This document shows, piece after piece, positions 1-10,764 of a stretch of 64,000 bases of DNA. Numbering within the stretch: position 1 is the stretch's first letter; every line of letters begins with the position of its first letter. Location of the stretch: contig JAADVB010000005.1 of the NCBI GenBank assembly GCA_023334545.1, forward strand, positions 62,001 through 126,000. Direction: 5' to 3'. The position numbers and the translations under genes were made by a program. The notes under the pieces are model-generated. The model made no database searches. It was given only the letters and a program-made list of their open reading frames with translations, and was not told where the DNA came from. The DNA is from Salisapilia sapeloensis CBS 127946 (taxonomy: Eukaryota; Protista; Oomycota).

Positions 1-1
1 G

Positions 2-1003
2 ACGTCCATACCGACGTTATCATCCACCTTCCTCTCCTCTTCCTCGAGCAACTATTATTATGATTCCGCGCCGATCAAAAAGCAGGAGCCACCAGAGCAA
101 GACGACTATGGCGTCGTTGGCAGCCTCGAAAGCGCTTCCCAAGAAGCTGTCATCAAGCTCAAGACGCCGCTTAAGCGCAAGTACTGGCGCAATGGACGAC
201 GGAATCTACAGTGCTTCCCTACCTGCAAGGTCTACGGAGACTACTCGGACATCAAGCTCGAGGACTTAAAGCAGCATGACTTTATGTGGGGCAAGTGCCG
301 TGGCTCGGTCGTCACTGAAGTCACATTGAACACGAACGTCAATTTCGACGACGTGCTCCTCTTGGCACGCGTCCATTCACTCGAGAACCTACCCGTCCCG
401 TTCGAAGAAGCTGTCGTGCGCGAGTGCATGCTCGGTCGTATCGTCGAACCAGATGCTATGGACGCGATGAAAGAAGCGTGGATCACTGGCGAGCGTCTTC
501 CAGACTTTGTCCAGCAAGACGCACACGTTGCGTCGTTCGAATTCAAGCCGAAAGTGTGGAAGTACGCCGAGGACATGGCGCAAGGCAAGTGCAAGCGTCG
601 AAACGTCCAGTACTACGTTCAGTTCGAAGCCTTCGTCCTCATGCGATCGGGTGAAAGGAGTTACTTTGCGTGCATCGGATCCGGTATGAGCACTCCGTTC
701 GAAGTTGGGTCGAGTCGAGTCCTTGCTCGTCAGAAACGTAAAGCTGCGGCGAAGGAGGATGCGAGACAAAGTCTATTAACTCCACACTATTCTTTCTACA
801 ATCAGTCGCAATCGAGAGGGTATGTCGGGTATGAAGCCATGGGGTACACTGGTCAACTGGAAGCATCAGATGACGCTGCTATTGCAGCAGGACAATTGCT
901 CAATGTCGGATCGAAACGAAGGTTTAGTGAAGTAGAGAGAGAGGATGCCGAGTGGAAGAATGGAAGTAAGTCAGCACGACAACCGTCGCTGCAGAGTGTT
1001 TAA
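2..1003 (+). CDS. 3' part of a conserved hypothetical protein (KYWRNGRRNLQCFPxC motif), possible DNA-binding protein; truncated at the window edge
   Basis: The frame is open from base 2 to the TAA at 1001-1003 and extends the 284..1003 ORF upstream (…KLKTPLKRKYWRNGRRNLQCFPTCKVYGDY…HDFMWGKCRG…). It contains basic NLS-like clusters RQKRK and KRR. Confidence 0.7.
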   Translation, partial: TSIPTLSSTFLSSSSSNYYYDSAPIKKQEPPEQDDYGVVGSLESASQEAVIKLKTPLKRKYWRNGRRNLQCFPTCKVYGDYSDIKLEDLKQHDFMWGKCRGSVVTEVTLNTNVNFDDVLLLARVHSLENLPVPFEEAVVRECMLGRIVEPDAMDAMKEAWITGERLPDFVQQDAHVASFEFKPKVWKYAEDMAQGKCKRRNVQYYVQFEAFVLMRSGERSYFACIGSGMSTPFEVGSSRVLARQKRKAAAKEDARQSLLTPHYSFYNQSQSRGYVGYEAMGYTGQLEASDDAAIAAGQLLNVGSKRRFSEVEREDAEWKNGSKSARQPSLQSV

Positions 1004-1070
1004 GAAGTCAATGTGAATGAAGATAGTTGCGTTTACAACCATGTGTACGATTCAGTTTGAAAGAAGAAGA

Positions 1071-1951
1071 CTAGCCTTCCTTGTACTCGTCTCCCATCTC
1101 TTCCTCAATACGTCCCTTCCATTCCAATCTAACATGTAGTCGTTTATGTTTCTTATTATGACACGAAGAAGGGTATGTTCATACCGGATTTCAGTCGCTT
1201 CATCGCCTTGGAGGACATCTTTTACGAATTTAGCGTCGACACGTAGATGGACCATCTCTAGTGCTCCACGAATGACACCACACAACACGTTCGAGTACCA
1301 TAACTCGCCATAAGCATTCGAAGGGAGTTCCACGAACTCTATAGGACCGTGAGAACGAATAGATGAAAGATATGAGAAGTATGTGTTTATACCAGCGAGT
1401 GGGTTGTCACTTAAGAAGAGACTGCAAGCCGTTCCATCGTTATTCCAGAGGGAGAGATCGACGGATACGCCCAAAAACATTTTAAACGCGACATGTGCAA
1501 TCACTTCCGCTGTCTCGCGAAAGTCATGGCATGTTGTGATACCAGACTTTGCCAGGAACTCATCAATCAAACGAATGCCAATGTTGTAGCCCCTGGAAGT
1601 CGATTAAAACATCGTCAGCAGCCACTTCGATACATACACATGCCGAGGCATACATTTTGTCAAGCTGCTTATTCACTTCTCGAAGGTCTTCATGGTCCTT
1701 TACCAACTATTGCAAATGGGGAGTGAGATACAAGTCTTTAGATATGTATGCAGGATGACAGATACCTGCGTGACCATGGCACCGTACGTGAGCGCAAAGA
1801 ACTCCCCGTTCTACTCATAAAATGCATCAATGAGAGTCGTCTTCAAAGTGTAGCACGTGATAGATGCACACAAGGTAAATCAACGTACAACTTTAGGCAT
1901 TTTAGCCCATGCGACCTCCCCAAGACGCTCATTCGGCTTCGCATTCGCCAT
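1071..1951 (-). CDS. BET3: TRAPP complex subunit BET3/TRAPPC3 (multi-exon)
   Basis: Spliced by eye: MANAKPNERLGEVAWAKMPK | NGEFFALTYGAMVTQ | LVKDHEDLREVNKQLDKM | GYNIGIRLIDEFLAK…NPL | EFVELP…LWYSNVLCGVIRGALEMV…TEIR | LEWKGRIEEEMGDEYKEG*. These are canonical BET3 motifs with GT-AG introns. Confidence 0.95.
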
Positions 1952-2049
1952 CTCGATTTATATGTCGGAAGTGTGCCAATATCTAACAAATTCCAAACTA
2001 GAAAACCAAACTTGTTATCTATAGCTACTCGCCAGCTACATTTCATTTG

Positions 2050-5000
2050 TTAAAACAGTCCTGGTAATCTCCTCTGCGATCCTTTCCGTCGCAGGTTCCA
2101 CACTCGAATCGATCCATCGGCATTCGCGGACACAAAGACATTTCCATTTGAACTCACAGAAACGGACGTGACTGCGGACTTGTGATCACTTTCACTATCG
2201 TAAATCAACTCCTTCCTCTTCGCACCTTCCAAGTTCCAGAACATGAGATGACCATTCGATGTACCACCCACCGCCGTCTCTCCATCCGTATCAAAGCATC
2301 TGTCATCCGCATTAGAAACCATCTTTTAAAGGCTAGATTGATTGATAGATACCTTAATGTACCAGTCATCTGAGCTTCAAAGCCCAGAACTGGTGTCCCA
2401 TCGACGCAAAAGACTGCGATTTCATTCGCGCCGGTGGCACATGCGACTCGGTCCAAGCCACAGAACGTTAGTGACACGACTTCAGCTCGATACATTGGAC
2501 TTGCTGTCATCGCCATGAGCTTTTCGCCCGTTCGCAGATCAAATACATACACCATGCCATTGCCCGTCGCACTCGCGCCCATTAATCCATCGTAGCTCGC
2601 ATGGACACACCGGACGGACTCGTCACAATCGTCAAACGTCGTCACAGGTACCTTTGTGAATCCTGATGAGGTAAAGTGCCATACTTTAACGGAAGAATCC
2701 CACGATCCAGAGATCAATCGATCGTCCACGACATACAGAGCAGACACTTCATCCTCATGTGCTTTCACTTGGTCAATAACTCGTCCAGCTTCCATCGAGT
2801 ACATGTAGATACAGTGGTCACTTGATCCAATGAACACCACCTTTTCATCCGAAGACACGGCACAGCACGTCAATGCTGCGTTTATCGTTAAACTACGCGA
2901 TCGTGTGCCATCCTCTAGCACCGTCACCTTCATCGTCATGTCCTTGGAGGCTGAGAACAGCACACGGTTGTCTCTCGCAATAGTCATCGACGTCACTTCC
3001 CCCGCATGGGTGTAATGGATACTCGGTCCAAGCCACGCATCTGAGTCCGTCACGTTCTCACCGACCGTCCAGTTCCACTTCTTTAGTGGCGTGTTGCTCA
3101 TTCGACGCTTAATAGTAGCTGTCAGTCCTCCCACAAGTCTCTGTGCTTGCTTTGGTACGCCAAACGTTGGCCGTTGAAACCACGATCCATTACCTTTCGT
3201 CTGATCACAGTCGTCAACCACGTCCGTGGGTGCTTCCATAACAGACGTGAAAGTTCCTCGGTCACTTTCCATCATCGAAGAGCTTTCACTGCCCGTTGCG
3301 TCGAGTGAAAAGTCTCGTTGACGATAACTATCCGGTTTGGCAATATCCACTGCCTTGCCAATATCGTTTCGAGACGGATGGGCACTCGTAAACAACAACG
3401 TCGGTGTCTGTCCAAACTCCTGGATCTGTGCCTCCAACGAACATTTTTCCACTGGATCCGTCACGGATTCCAAGTCAACCGAACCTTCATAGGACAAGTA
3501 GTAGAAGAGATTATCAGCTTTCACGGCCTCTTCACCACGCTGTTGATAGCCAAAGATGAGATTAATCCATTCATGCAAATGCTCTGAGACGTAATCACTT
3601 TCCAAAGCTTCTCGATTCGTACGGACAAAATCGGATGGAGAACAAGCCCATGGAGGCAACTCGACATCGGCGACGCGAGACATGTTTTGCGTCGTCCCGA
3701 GATTTAGATTTTTCTGGTTCTTTAGCCATTCATCTGGACGTAAGGACTCGTCAAAGAAAGCAGGGATGAGTTCCTTAAGGTCTGCTGGATTCGTTAGACA
3801 ACTACGCCACGTTGATGGAATGCTCTTGAAGAGTCGATCTGCTGCATCAAACTTGCCATTCTGTAGACACAACATGTACTCAGGTGCCATTCGAACGAGA
3901 TAGTACAGGACATAGCCAGGTGTCGAGTAGTGAGTGCCATAGAGGAATGGAGGTGGTATACCCTCTGCTTCCATTCCTCTCGGCATCGCCTCGAATCGCT
4001 GTTTAAACGCTTCTAACCGATCATGGTTCAAAGCACCAATGGGCTTCGACAGATCTCGATAGACACTCGGATCGGACAAGTCAATGGTCGGACTGTCATA
4101 GTCCTGGAGTATCCATGGAAAGACAGGGTATTGCGTCAGATCGTTTTTGGTGCGACCTGCCGTGTTGTTCAGATAGAGCAAATAGTCAAAGTTCGAGATC
4201 TCTCGCTTCTGCCATCGCAAGAGCACAGACTCCAAGTCCGTTTGAGTCAGGCGCTTTAAGTCTGGTTGACTGACCATTCGATTGTACAAATCATCTCGGT
4301 CACGAGATGTGCGAAAGGAGAAGAAGAATCCTTCACCTGTACGCAAAAAGATTTCGAGACCTGTTTGCTTTAGCATGTGCCGACGTTTGTACATGTATTC
4401 AATAGCGTTGTAAGGGAAGTTTAACACTGGATCACCGACGTTGTTTACTTGCGCTGGTTGAAAATACAGACGTTGGTTTGTAAGCATAAGACAGCCTGGG
4501 TGTTTTAGCAATGGAACGATTCTATCGACGACCATGCCTTTGGAAAGCAACGGACGTTCACGAAAGTCGACTAAGAGACTAGAATCGAATGCATCTGTCA
4601 GACGAGAGGTGAGTACACTCTCGAGCATTTGCTCTTCTTCCACTTTATTAAGAATGCTGTCGTCGTGAGCTAGTTGCCAGCAAGGCTCGACGTCTTTTAA
4701 AACAGCATCCAACGACGAATGGACTAGAGCAAAAACGTGCTTGGTCTCCTTTTCACGAACAATGTAAGGATGGTCGACGTCCCGGTCTTTCATTTCGATG
4801 ACAGTTTTGCATTCGAATGTAAGATACAGGGACTGATCGCCATCCTTTGCGATAATGAATTCGCCATTCGGTACTTTTGCCATATCACGATAAGGAAAGC
4901 GTAAGATCGGAAGATTCGAGTCGGAAGGCTCGAAGAAGAAACTCCTTGTACAAACTTTCAATCGACCTTGGTTTTTCCTAGAGGATCTATGAGTCATTCA

Positions 5001-5250
5001 AATGGTATGAGAGTGATAGGAGTGCTACATACCGACTGCCATTAGGCTCTGGGTCATGATACCGATAGGCACTGTAATCCTAAATATATAGAATGGTTAA
5101 TACAATCCGTCCGTAGCACTTGACCTGTGATAGTGGCTTGACAATTCCATGCAATGATAGACGTACATCGAGGAAGAACTCGCCGTCTTCCAGCAAAAGC
5201 AGCGTAAAGCGAGTCTGTGGGCCCTTGAGGCTCGACTTGCGTACTAACAT
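2050..5250 (-). CDS. NSMAF: FAN/NSMAF-like protein: GRAM/PH-BEACH + BEACH + WD40 repeats
   Basis: BEACH motifs (ISNFDYLLYLN…AGRT…DLTQYPVFPW, YGTHYSTPGYVLYYLVR, ELIPAFF, WINLIFGYQQRG, QEFGQTP) and C-terminal WD40 repeats. A short first exon from the ATG at 5250 reads MLVRKSSLKGPQTRFTLLLLEDGEFFLD, resembling the FAN N-terminal RFSLLLL motif. The last exon is in ORF 2050..2322. Confidence 0.85.
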
Positions 5251-5516
5251 CAGTGGTCTCTCAAGTTGCCAATGAAGATTTAAGGGAGAGGAGATAGAGT
5301 CGAAGCAGACAAAAGCTCGAGCGTCTGATGTGGCGTGAGGTGTTCAGGTGGTACACACGTGGTATATTGGTACGCAAACGGTACATGGTAGTCAAAAGGG
5401 CTGCCGACAGCGCTATAGAGGACAAGTATGTGTTGCGTACTCGATTAATCAAGCTACAGCGATGGAGAAATGAAATTGACTAAGGCCGTATGTTGTATTG
5501 ATCTATCCTCGGGTGA

Positions 5517-5827
5517 TTACTTTGCTGCGGAGATGTAGAGCACTATATCCAATCCAGTAAAAAATTAATTCATCGTCACTCTCATACTACCTCATAAACC
5601 GTACCGTTGTTGCCACGAATAAAGCAGTCACCATACTGTGTCTTGAGCTGTCCGTTCACGTATTCTTGCGTCTGCTCCATCGCAATGTTCATGAAACCAT
5701 CCAAGCAAGCAAGCACGCCTCTGTACTCGACACCATCATTGAGCTTCACCTCCACGGGTCGACCTAGCACACCTTTCAGGAAATCCGAAGGCGTCCTCTT
5801 GCCACTCGCGTCTCCCTTTTGCTCCAT
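5517..5827 (-). CDS. LSM6: U6 snRNA-associated Sm-like protein LSm6
   Basis: TPSDFLKGVLGRPVEVKLNDGVEYRGVLACLDGFMNIAMEQTQEYVNGQLKTQYGDCFIRGNN, then an intron, then VLYISAAK*. Sm1/Sm2 motifs are typical of LSm6. Confidence 0.93.
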
Positions 5828-5924
5828 GTTCCTTTGATCTCGTCTTGTATGCTAAATGCAAATGTTCGAAATGTTCGGAATTTATTTGTAATTTACGTGA
5901 ACATCTATCCGAACACAATTCAAA

Positions 5925-6397
5925 ATGGACGAGTTCGCACCGCAACTAGAGCGTGATCTACGCGCTCAGTACAGCCATTTGATGTATCAATGGTATGAAC
6001 TGGTAGATTGGACAGAACCACTGATAGTCAGTGCCATTGCATCGCATATTACACTTGCTATCATCATCTTTGTGACGCGAAAGCACCTGCCGACGCAGTT
6101 CGTGCTTTTCATACTGCTCATCCTCCTTATCTACGCTGCAGAACCGCTGAACAACTACTGCCGAGATCATTGGCAGGACATCGCTACTCAGCAGTACTTT
6201 GACCGGAACGGTGTGTTCATCGGCATCTTCTACGCCGCACCACTGTTGTCCATTGGCTTCTTCCAACTCGTACTTGATCATCATATCCATCTACCTCCCT
6301 ACCTAACACATACACGTAGATCCTCAGCATGAAACAAGCAGTGAATCTGATCATTATCGCGAAACGAGCTGAAATACATAAAAGCAAAGAAGAGTAG
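5925..6397 (+). CDS. TMEM18: Transmembrane protein 18 homolog (2 exons)
   Basis: VDWTEPLI…NNYCRDHWQDIATQQYFDRNGVFIGIFYAAPLL matches the TMEM18 family. An intron at about 6270-6319 is followed by ILSMKQAVNLIIIAKRAEIHKSKEE*. Confidence 0.85.
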
Positions 6398-6458
6398 AAT
6401 CAATGTCCAAAGTCAAAGTATCGTTTTCATGGCGTCTCATTCTACCACTTGCACCTTC

Positions 6459-8380
6459 TTACTCAAGTTCTCGCACCGGGAACTCTTTCAACCACAGCTC
6501 ATGGATAAAGTCATACAGGGCCGACGAGACAGACACCTTGTATGGCGTCGGGTTCAACTCACGCACAACGTCTTCACGGATAAAGTCCAACTGTTGCTTC
6601 ACAAACTCCCGGCGCTCTTCCAACGACGGCATGTCCGCCACGATCCCACCGTTAGAACCGTCCCAGACGAGGTGGTGCAACGGCACAACGTCAGATGGAG
6701 TCACATATGCCCGACGGAGCTCATCAAACGGATTACGGCAAAGGAGTTTCTCGCCAACCTTGGGAGGCTCCTCGTCGCATCCGACCATCAGGTCGAGCAA
6801 CGGCTTTCCATTGCCTCCAACGAGTCGGTACGCTTCCTTCCGTCCAGGGATCGTGACTTTGCTCACATCCTGCGACAGCTTGATGCGAGGCGATCCATCG
6901 ATCTCCACTAGCTTGTAGACCATGCCCAACGCAGGTTGCGCTTGGCACGTCACCAAGTGCGTTCCGATACCATACGAGTCAATCGAGTGACCCTAGTCAT
7001 TCGATAAGTACATATACATGATAAATAGACAGATGAAAGCGTACCTGGTCATTAAGTGATAAGAGGACAGCTTCGTTAATATCATTGCTGGCGGTGATCG
7101 TGAGCGACTTAAACGACTCGATGCCGTACTTGTCCGCAACCTTTGTGAACTCCTCTCGAACGCGTTTGGACAAGTAGGACAAGTCACCACTGTCGAGACG
7201 GATGCCAAGAGGCTTGTATCCTAATTCATGCAGTGCCAATGCGACGCACAAAAAGTTATGCGTACCAGACTATCCCTTGACATGAGTACACACTTGTTTC
7301 ACATACAACAAGAGGTCTTACCGCGATGGTTTCGTAGGTGTCAATAAGCGCCAAGAACGATGTCGGGAACGCGACAGCATACGCAATGAATGCAGCTAGT
7401 TCTCCCTGTCGAAAGAATTTAGACGAAGTATACGAAAGAGTAAAAAAGACAAAGTACCTCGTTGGTCGTGAGGCAGTCGAGTTCCTTGCGGTACTTGAGC
7501 ACGATCTCCATCATGTTCCTGTCGTTCAATTTCAGGTCTTTCACTTCGTCTAGACACGTATGTGCCTGGACGAACGCGTGGGCGTGCGTTCCTTTAATCG
7601 GGATGCCATGCAGCTTTCCAGATAGCACGTTGCTGGATCCGGCAAAGCCAGCCATGTACGAGTAGCGAGAGGCACTGAGACCACCGTCTGGACCTTGGGC
7701 ACGACGCAGTCCGAACTCGAGCAAATTTTTACCAGGTCCAGCAGCTCGTTTGAATCGAGTGGCGTTCGTCGTGATGAGACTGGCAAAGTTAAGCAGGTTG
7801 AGCAACGGCGTCTCGAGTAACTGTCCGACACCCAAGTTGCCTTCAATGCGTAGGAGAGGGATGCGAGGGAATACGACGGATCCTTCCTACGGTCTGTATG
7901 AGTACTTCCGATGGAGTTTATAGCATGTTAAAGTGTACTTTGATGGCGTAGATCTTGATACCGGAGCAGTCAATGCTGCTGAGCCAGTCGAAGAATCCGT
8001 TTTCTGCGTCCGGGAGTACCGTTCGGAGGTACGCAATGTCTCCATCGGTGAAACGGAAGTTGGAAATGAGTCCCATCGCCTAATATAAGACCTATTAGAC
8101 TTGTGTGCTAGTACTGAGTGATAGTTGGAGGTACCTCTTCGAGACCACCAAAGACGGTGTATTCACCCTTGAACGGGTTCTTACGGAAGAAGAGGTCGAA
8201 CACAGCATTCTCATTATGACGTCCAACCTTCCAGTACGCGTACACCCTGTTCAGATGCTCATTAGAGGGTTCCTACGACGTCGAGACCAAAGTGACTTAC
8301 ATGGTGATCTGGTACAAGTCCGTGAGCATGGGGGACACCAAGGAGTTGGTGGGTGAGATCTTGTACGACTGGCCGTTCAT
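6459..8380 (-). CDS. NAPRT: Nicotinate phosphoribosyltransferase (multi-exon)
   Basis: Motifs [93 protein letters not shown], joined by GT-AG introns. ATG at 8380. Confidence 0.95.
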
Positions 8381-8629
8381 CCTTCTCTAGTTATGTGTAT
8401 CTATTGGAATGACGAGAAAGGAGCAATAGACGTTGTGTCGTTGCTACCGTCGCCTCCGATTGAGTTGTGGATGAAACCAGCCTTTCTTATGTACAGACGA
8501 GGGGCCGCTGATTGTACCAACAATGTGCCGTTTGACGATCATACGGTTGATGGGTTCACATGTCTATCCCAGCTACATGCGCACCTCCGAGCGTTTGTAG
8601 ATGCTCGATTGGATAGGTGATATGGACTC

Positions 8630-9430
8630 TGTAGGAGATGTTGCATCATTTGTTGATGTGGAGTAGAAAGTTGATGTCGTTGAGGAAATTGAAAAGTATA
8701 GAGATGGTACACTGGAAACCGCAACACGTGGGCTGACGACAGTAATGTCTTCGAGCTTAAGCGTCAAGGTTTGGGTGCGCCGCACTTGATTGTGGACGGA
8801 TTAATTGCGATGCCAAGTGTGTGAATTGTGTAGGCATTTATCCACCACGACCGATGCAGACGACGGCTACGTTTCTATTCGTCATGCTATCGTCGCCTCG
8901 AATGATTTATCAGTGTGACATGTGGTAACCCACGTTGACAAGGCTCTACACAGCTTTTTATCCCGTAGTTCTCTGGATGGAAAAGATATACCTCTGCTTT
9001 ATGACGAGAAACTTCTAAGCAGACTGCTACGATCATTAAAGAGCAATTTGCATGCTCATGCTCGGCTTTCAATAGACGAGCAAGGTCAGAACTTGAGCAG
9101 TTACCGTCACATCCAGGGCGCCCAGTCATTGCGTTTGATATCATGTTGCTGATGTGGAATCGCACGAGTATCTTCATCAAGCTCTACAAAGCATATTTTG
9201 TAATATCAAACCAGCAGCAATAAAGCCAAGCGATGTACACGAAATACCTCGACAAACTGATGTACATGAACCTCGAAATGCTCCAACGCAATAGTCAGCC
9301 ATCTCAGCCTACCAACTTCCACATCTAACACAAATACATCGGATAGCCCATTGCAGCCAACTAGGTAAACATTTTCATTCTTTGCCAGCAAAATGAGCAT
9401 GCAAAGTAGAAGTACACCTCTTCATCTACA
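8630..9430 (+). pseudogene. Unresolved coding-like fragments (degraded gene or small-exon gene)
   Basis: Protein-like runs (MDSVGDVASFVDVE*KVDVVEEIEKYRDGTLETATRG…; THVDKALHSFLSRSSLDGKDIPLLYDEKLLSRLL…; DVESHEYLHQALQSIFCNIKP…) are interrupted by stops and frame changes. I found no clean splice model. Confidence 0.2.
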
Positions 9431-9518
9431 AACCTAATGTCGTCAATACTAGCGTCCTACCGTCTCACAAAATACAGGTTCGACAACGGAAGACATTCGA
9501 TTTGAAGTTCTCGACGGA

Positions 9519-9532
9519 TCATTTTCCTATTC
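9519..9532 (+). promoter_or_regulatory. Possible oomycete Inr/FPR-like core promoter
   Basis: TCATTTTCCTATTC ends 15 nt upstream of the ATG at 9548 and resembles the oomycete YCATTYY initiator. Confidence 0.35.
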
Positions 9533-9547
9533 GATCAACTACAAGAA

Positions 9548-10744
9548 ATGGCACAAACAGATTGGGAATGGCGCTTGGCAATCGCCATGACGCTCGTGGC
9601 AACCTTCACGGGTGGTCTCTACGCCATCAATAGCCTCTTTACGAACCCGCCAACCTTTATGCGTTCTACACCAAAGAGGTCGCTACGTGAAATGCAGCAA
9701 CAGAAGACGCCATTGTGGGTCGCTGTCTGTGGCACAGTCTTTGATGTCACGCAAGAAAGCGTCTTCAATCCACACACAGGCGCATACATTGACTGGATTG
9801 GTCATGATGTAACCTTCCAGCTCCTGCAGTCCAGTGTCGCTGGTGACGTCGCACCAGAAGCAATGCAAAACCATTATGACAAGGACATTTCGACCGACAT
9901 GGTCTACTCTCCAAAGACGTCTTCTACTACTCCGGATGAAAACAGTCCAGAGTACTTACGCTATTTGATTTTAAAGGAATGGTACGTTCGCTTCCACTCT
10001 CGCTACCCTGTCGTGGCTCAGCTAAGCGATCTCTTCGCTGGTGGTCAATGGGACCGTCTCCGGTCGGAATTGACGCCTACGTCCAAGCCATCGTGGCATC
10101 CACAGTCGTCCGCTGGATCCAGAGGCAAGTGTCCACTTGGCTTTGGCTCTGGTGCGCTAAAGCACAGTATCTCCAAGGCAGATGCGAACTCCAAGGATGT
10201 GCGCTGGATCACCTTCCTCGGAAAAAAGTATGATGTGACGAACTCGAGTCTTTTCCAAGACCAGGGACAGTTTGCTCATCTCGTAGGTCATGACATCACC
10301 CATGCGCTAGCCACGCAGTCGATTGAAATGAAAGACTTGGACGTACAAGCGACTCGACCATACACGTACGACGAGCAAGTGATGCTAGAGACGTACCGTG
10401 TCGCGTTTGCAAAGGAATTTAATGTATTGGAAGATACGGAGGCTTCTACCACATCGGACGATGTGCATGCTTTGCTAGATAGTGGAGACGATACGTCGAT
10501 AGCGAAATTGAAGACGATACTAGCAAACGGACATGCCCATGTGAACGAGATGTGTGTTCGCACGAGCATGACGCCATTGCATAAAGCAGTGGAGAAGCAT
10601 CAGGCTGAATTGGTACGTCTTCTCTTGGCTGCAGGTGCCGATGCAAAAGCAGAAGCTTCACTCTACGACGATGAGACGCCATTGCAGATGGCTCAGCGTT
10701 TCCATTATGACGACATCATCCAAGTACTCGAGTCTCATAACTAA
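9548..10744 (+). CDS. Membrane-anchored protein with two MAPR-type cytochrome b5-like heme/steroid-binding domains and C-terminal ankyrin repeats
   Basis: N-terminal hydrophobic helix (LAIAMTLVATFTGGLYAI); LWVAVCGTVFDVT…GAYIDWIGHDVT; WITFLGKKYDVT…GQFAHLVGHDIT; ankyrin TPLHKAVEK…LLLAAGAD and ETPLQMA. Intronless, 398 aa. Confidence 0.8.
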   Translation: MAQTDWEWRLAIAMTLVATFTGGLYAINSLFTNPPTFMRSTPKRSLREMQQQKTPLWVAVCGTVFDVTQESVFNPHTGAYIDWIGHDVTFQLLQSSVAGDVAPEAMQNHYDKDISTDMVYSPKTSSTTPDENSPEYLRYLILKEWYVRFHSRYPVVAQLSDLFAGGQWDRLRSELTPTSKPSWHPQSSAGSRGKCPLGFGSGALKHSISKADANSKDVRWITFLGKKYDVTNSSLFQDQGQFAHLVGHDITHALATQSIEMKDLDVQATRPYTYDEQVMLETYRVAFAKEFNVLEDTEASTTSDDVHALLDSGDDTSIAKLKTILANGHAHVNEMCVRTSMTPLHKAVEKHQAELVRLLLAAGADAKAEASLYDDETPLQMAQRFHYDDIIQVLESHN

Positions 10745-10764
10745 CATAGAAATCCTTTCCTAGT

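Noticed and set aside
5261-5452. Small ORFs between LSm6 and NSMAF (63 aa on minus, about 51 aa on plus)
   Set aside because: No motif, they sit in the UTR/promoter space of flanking genes, and the length is compatible with chance.
8630-8700. Stop-codon reassignment suggested by an in-frame TAG
   Set aside because: TAG, TAA and TGA all terminate well-supported genes in this window (for example BET3 and TMEM18 end in TAG).
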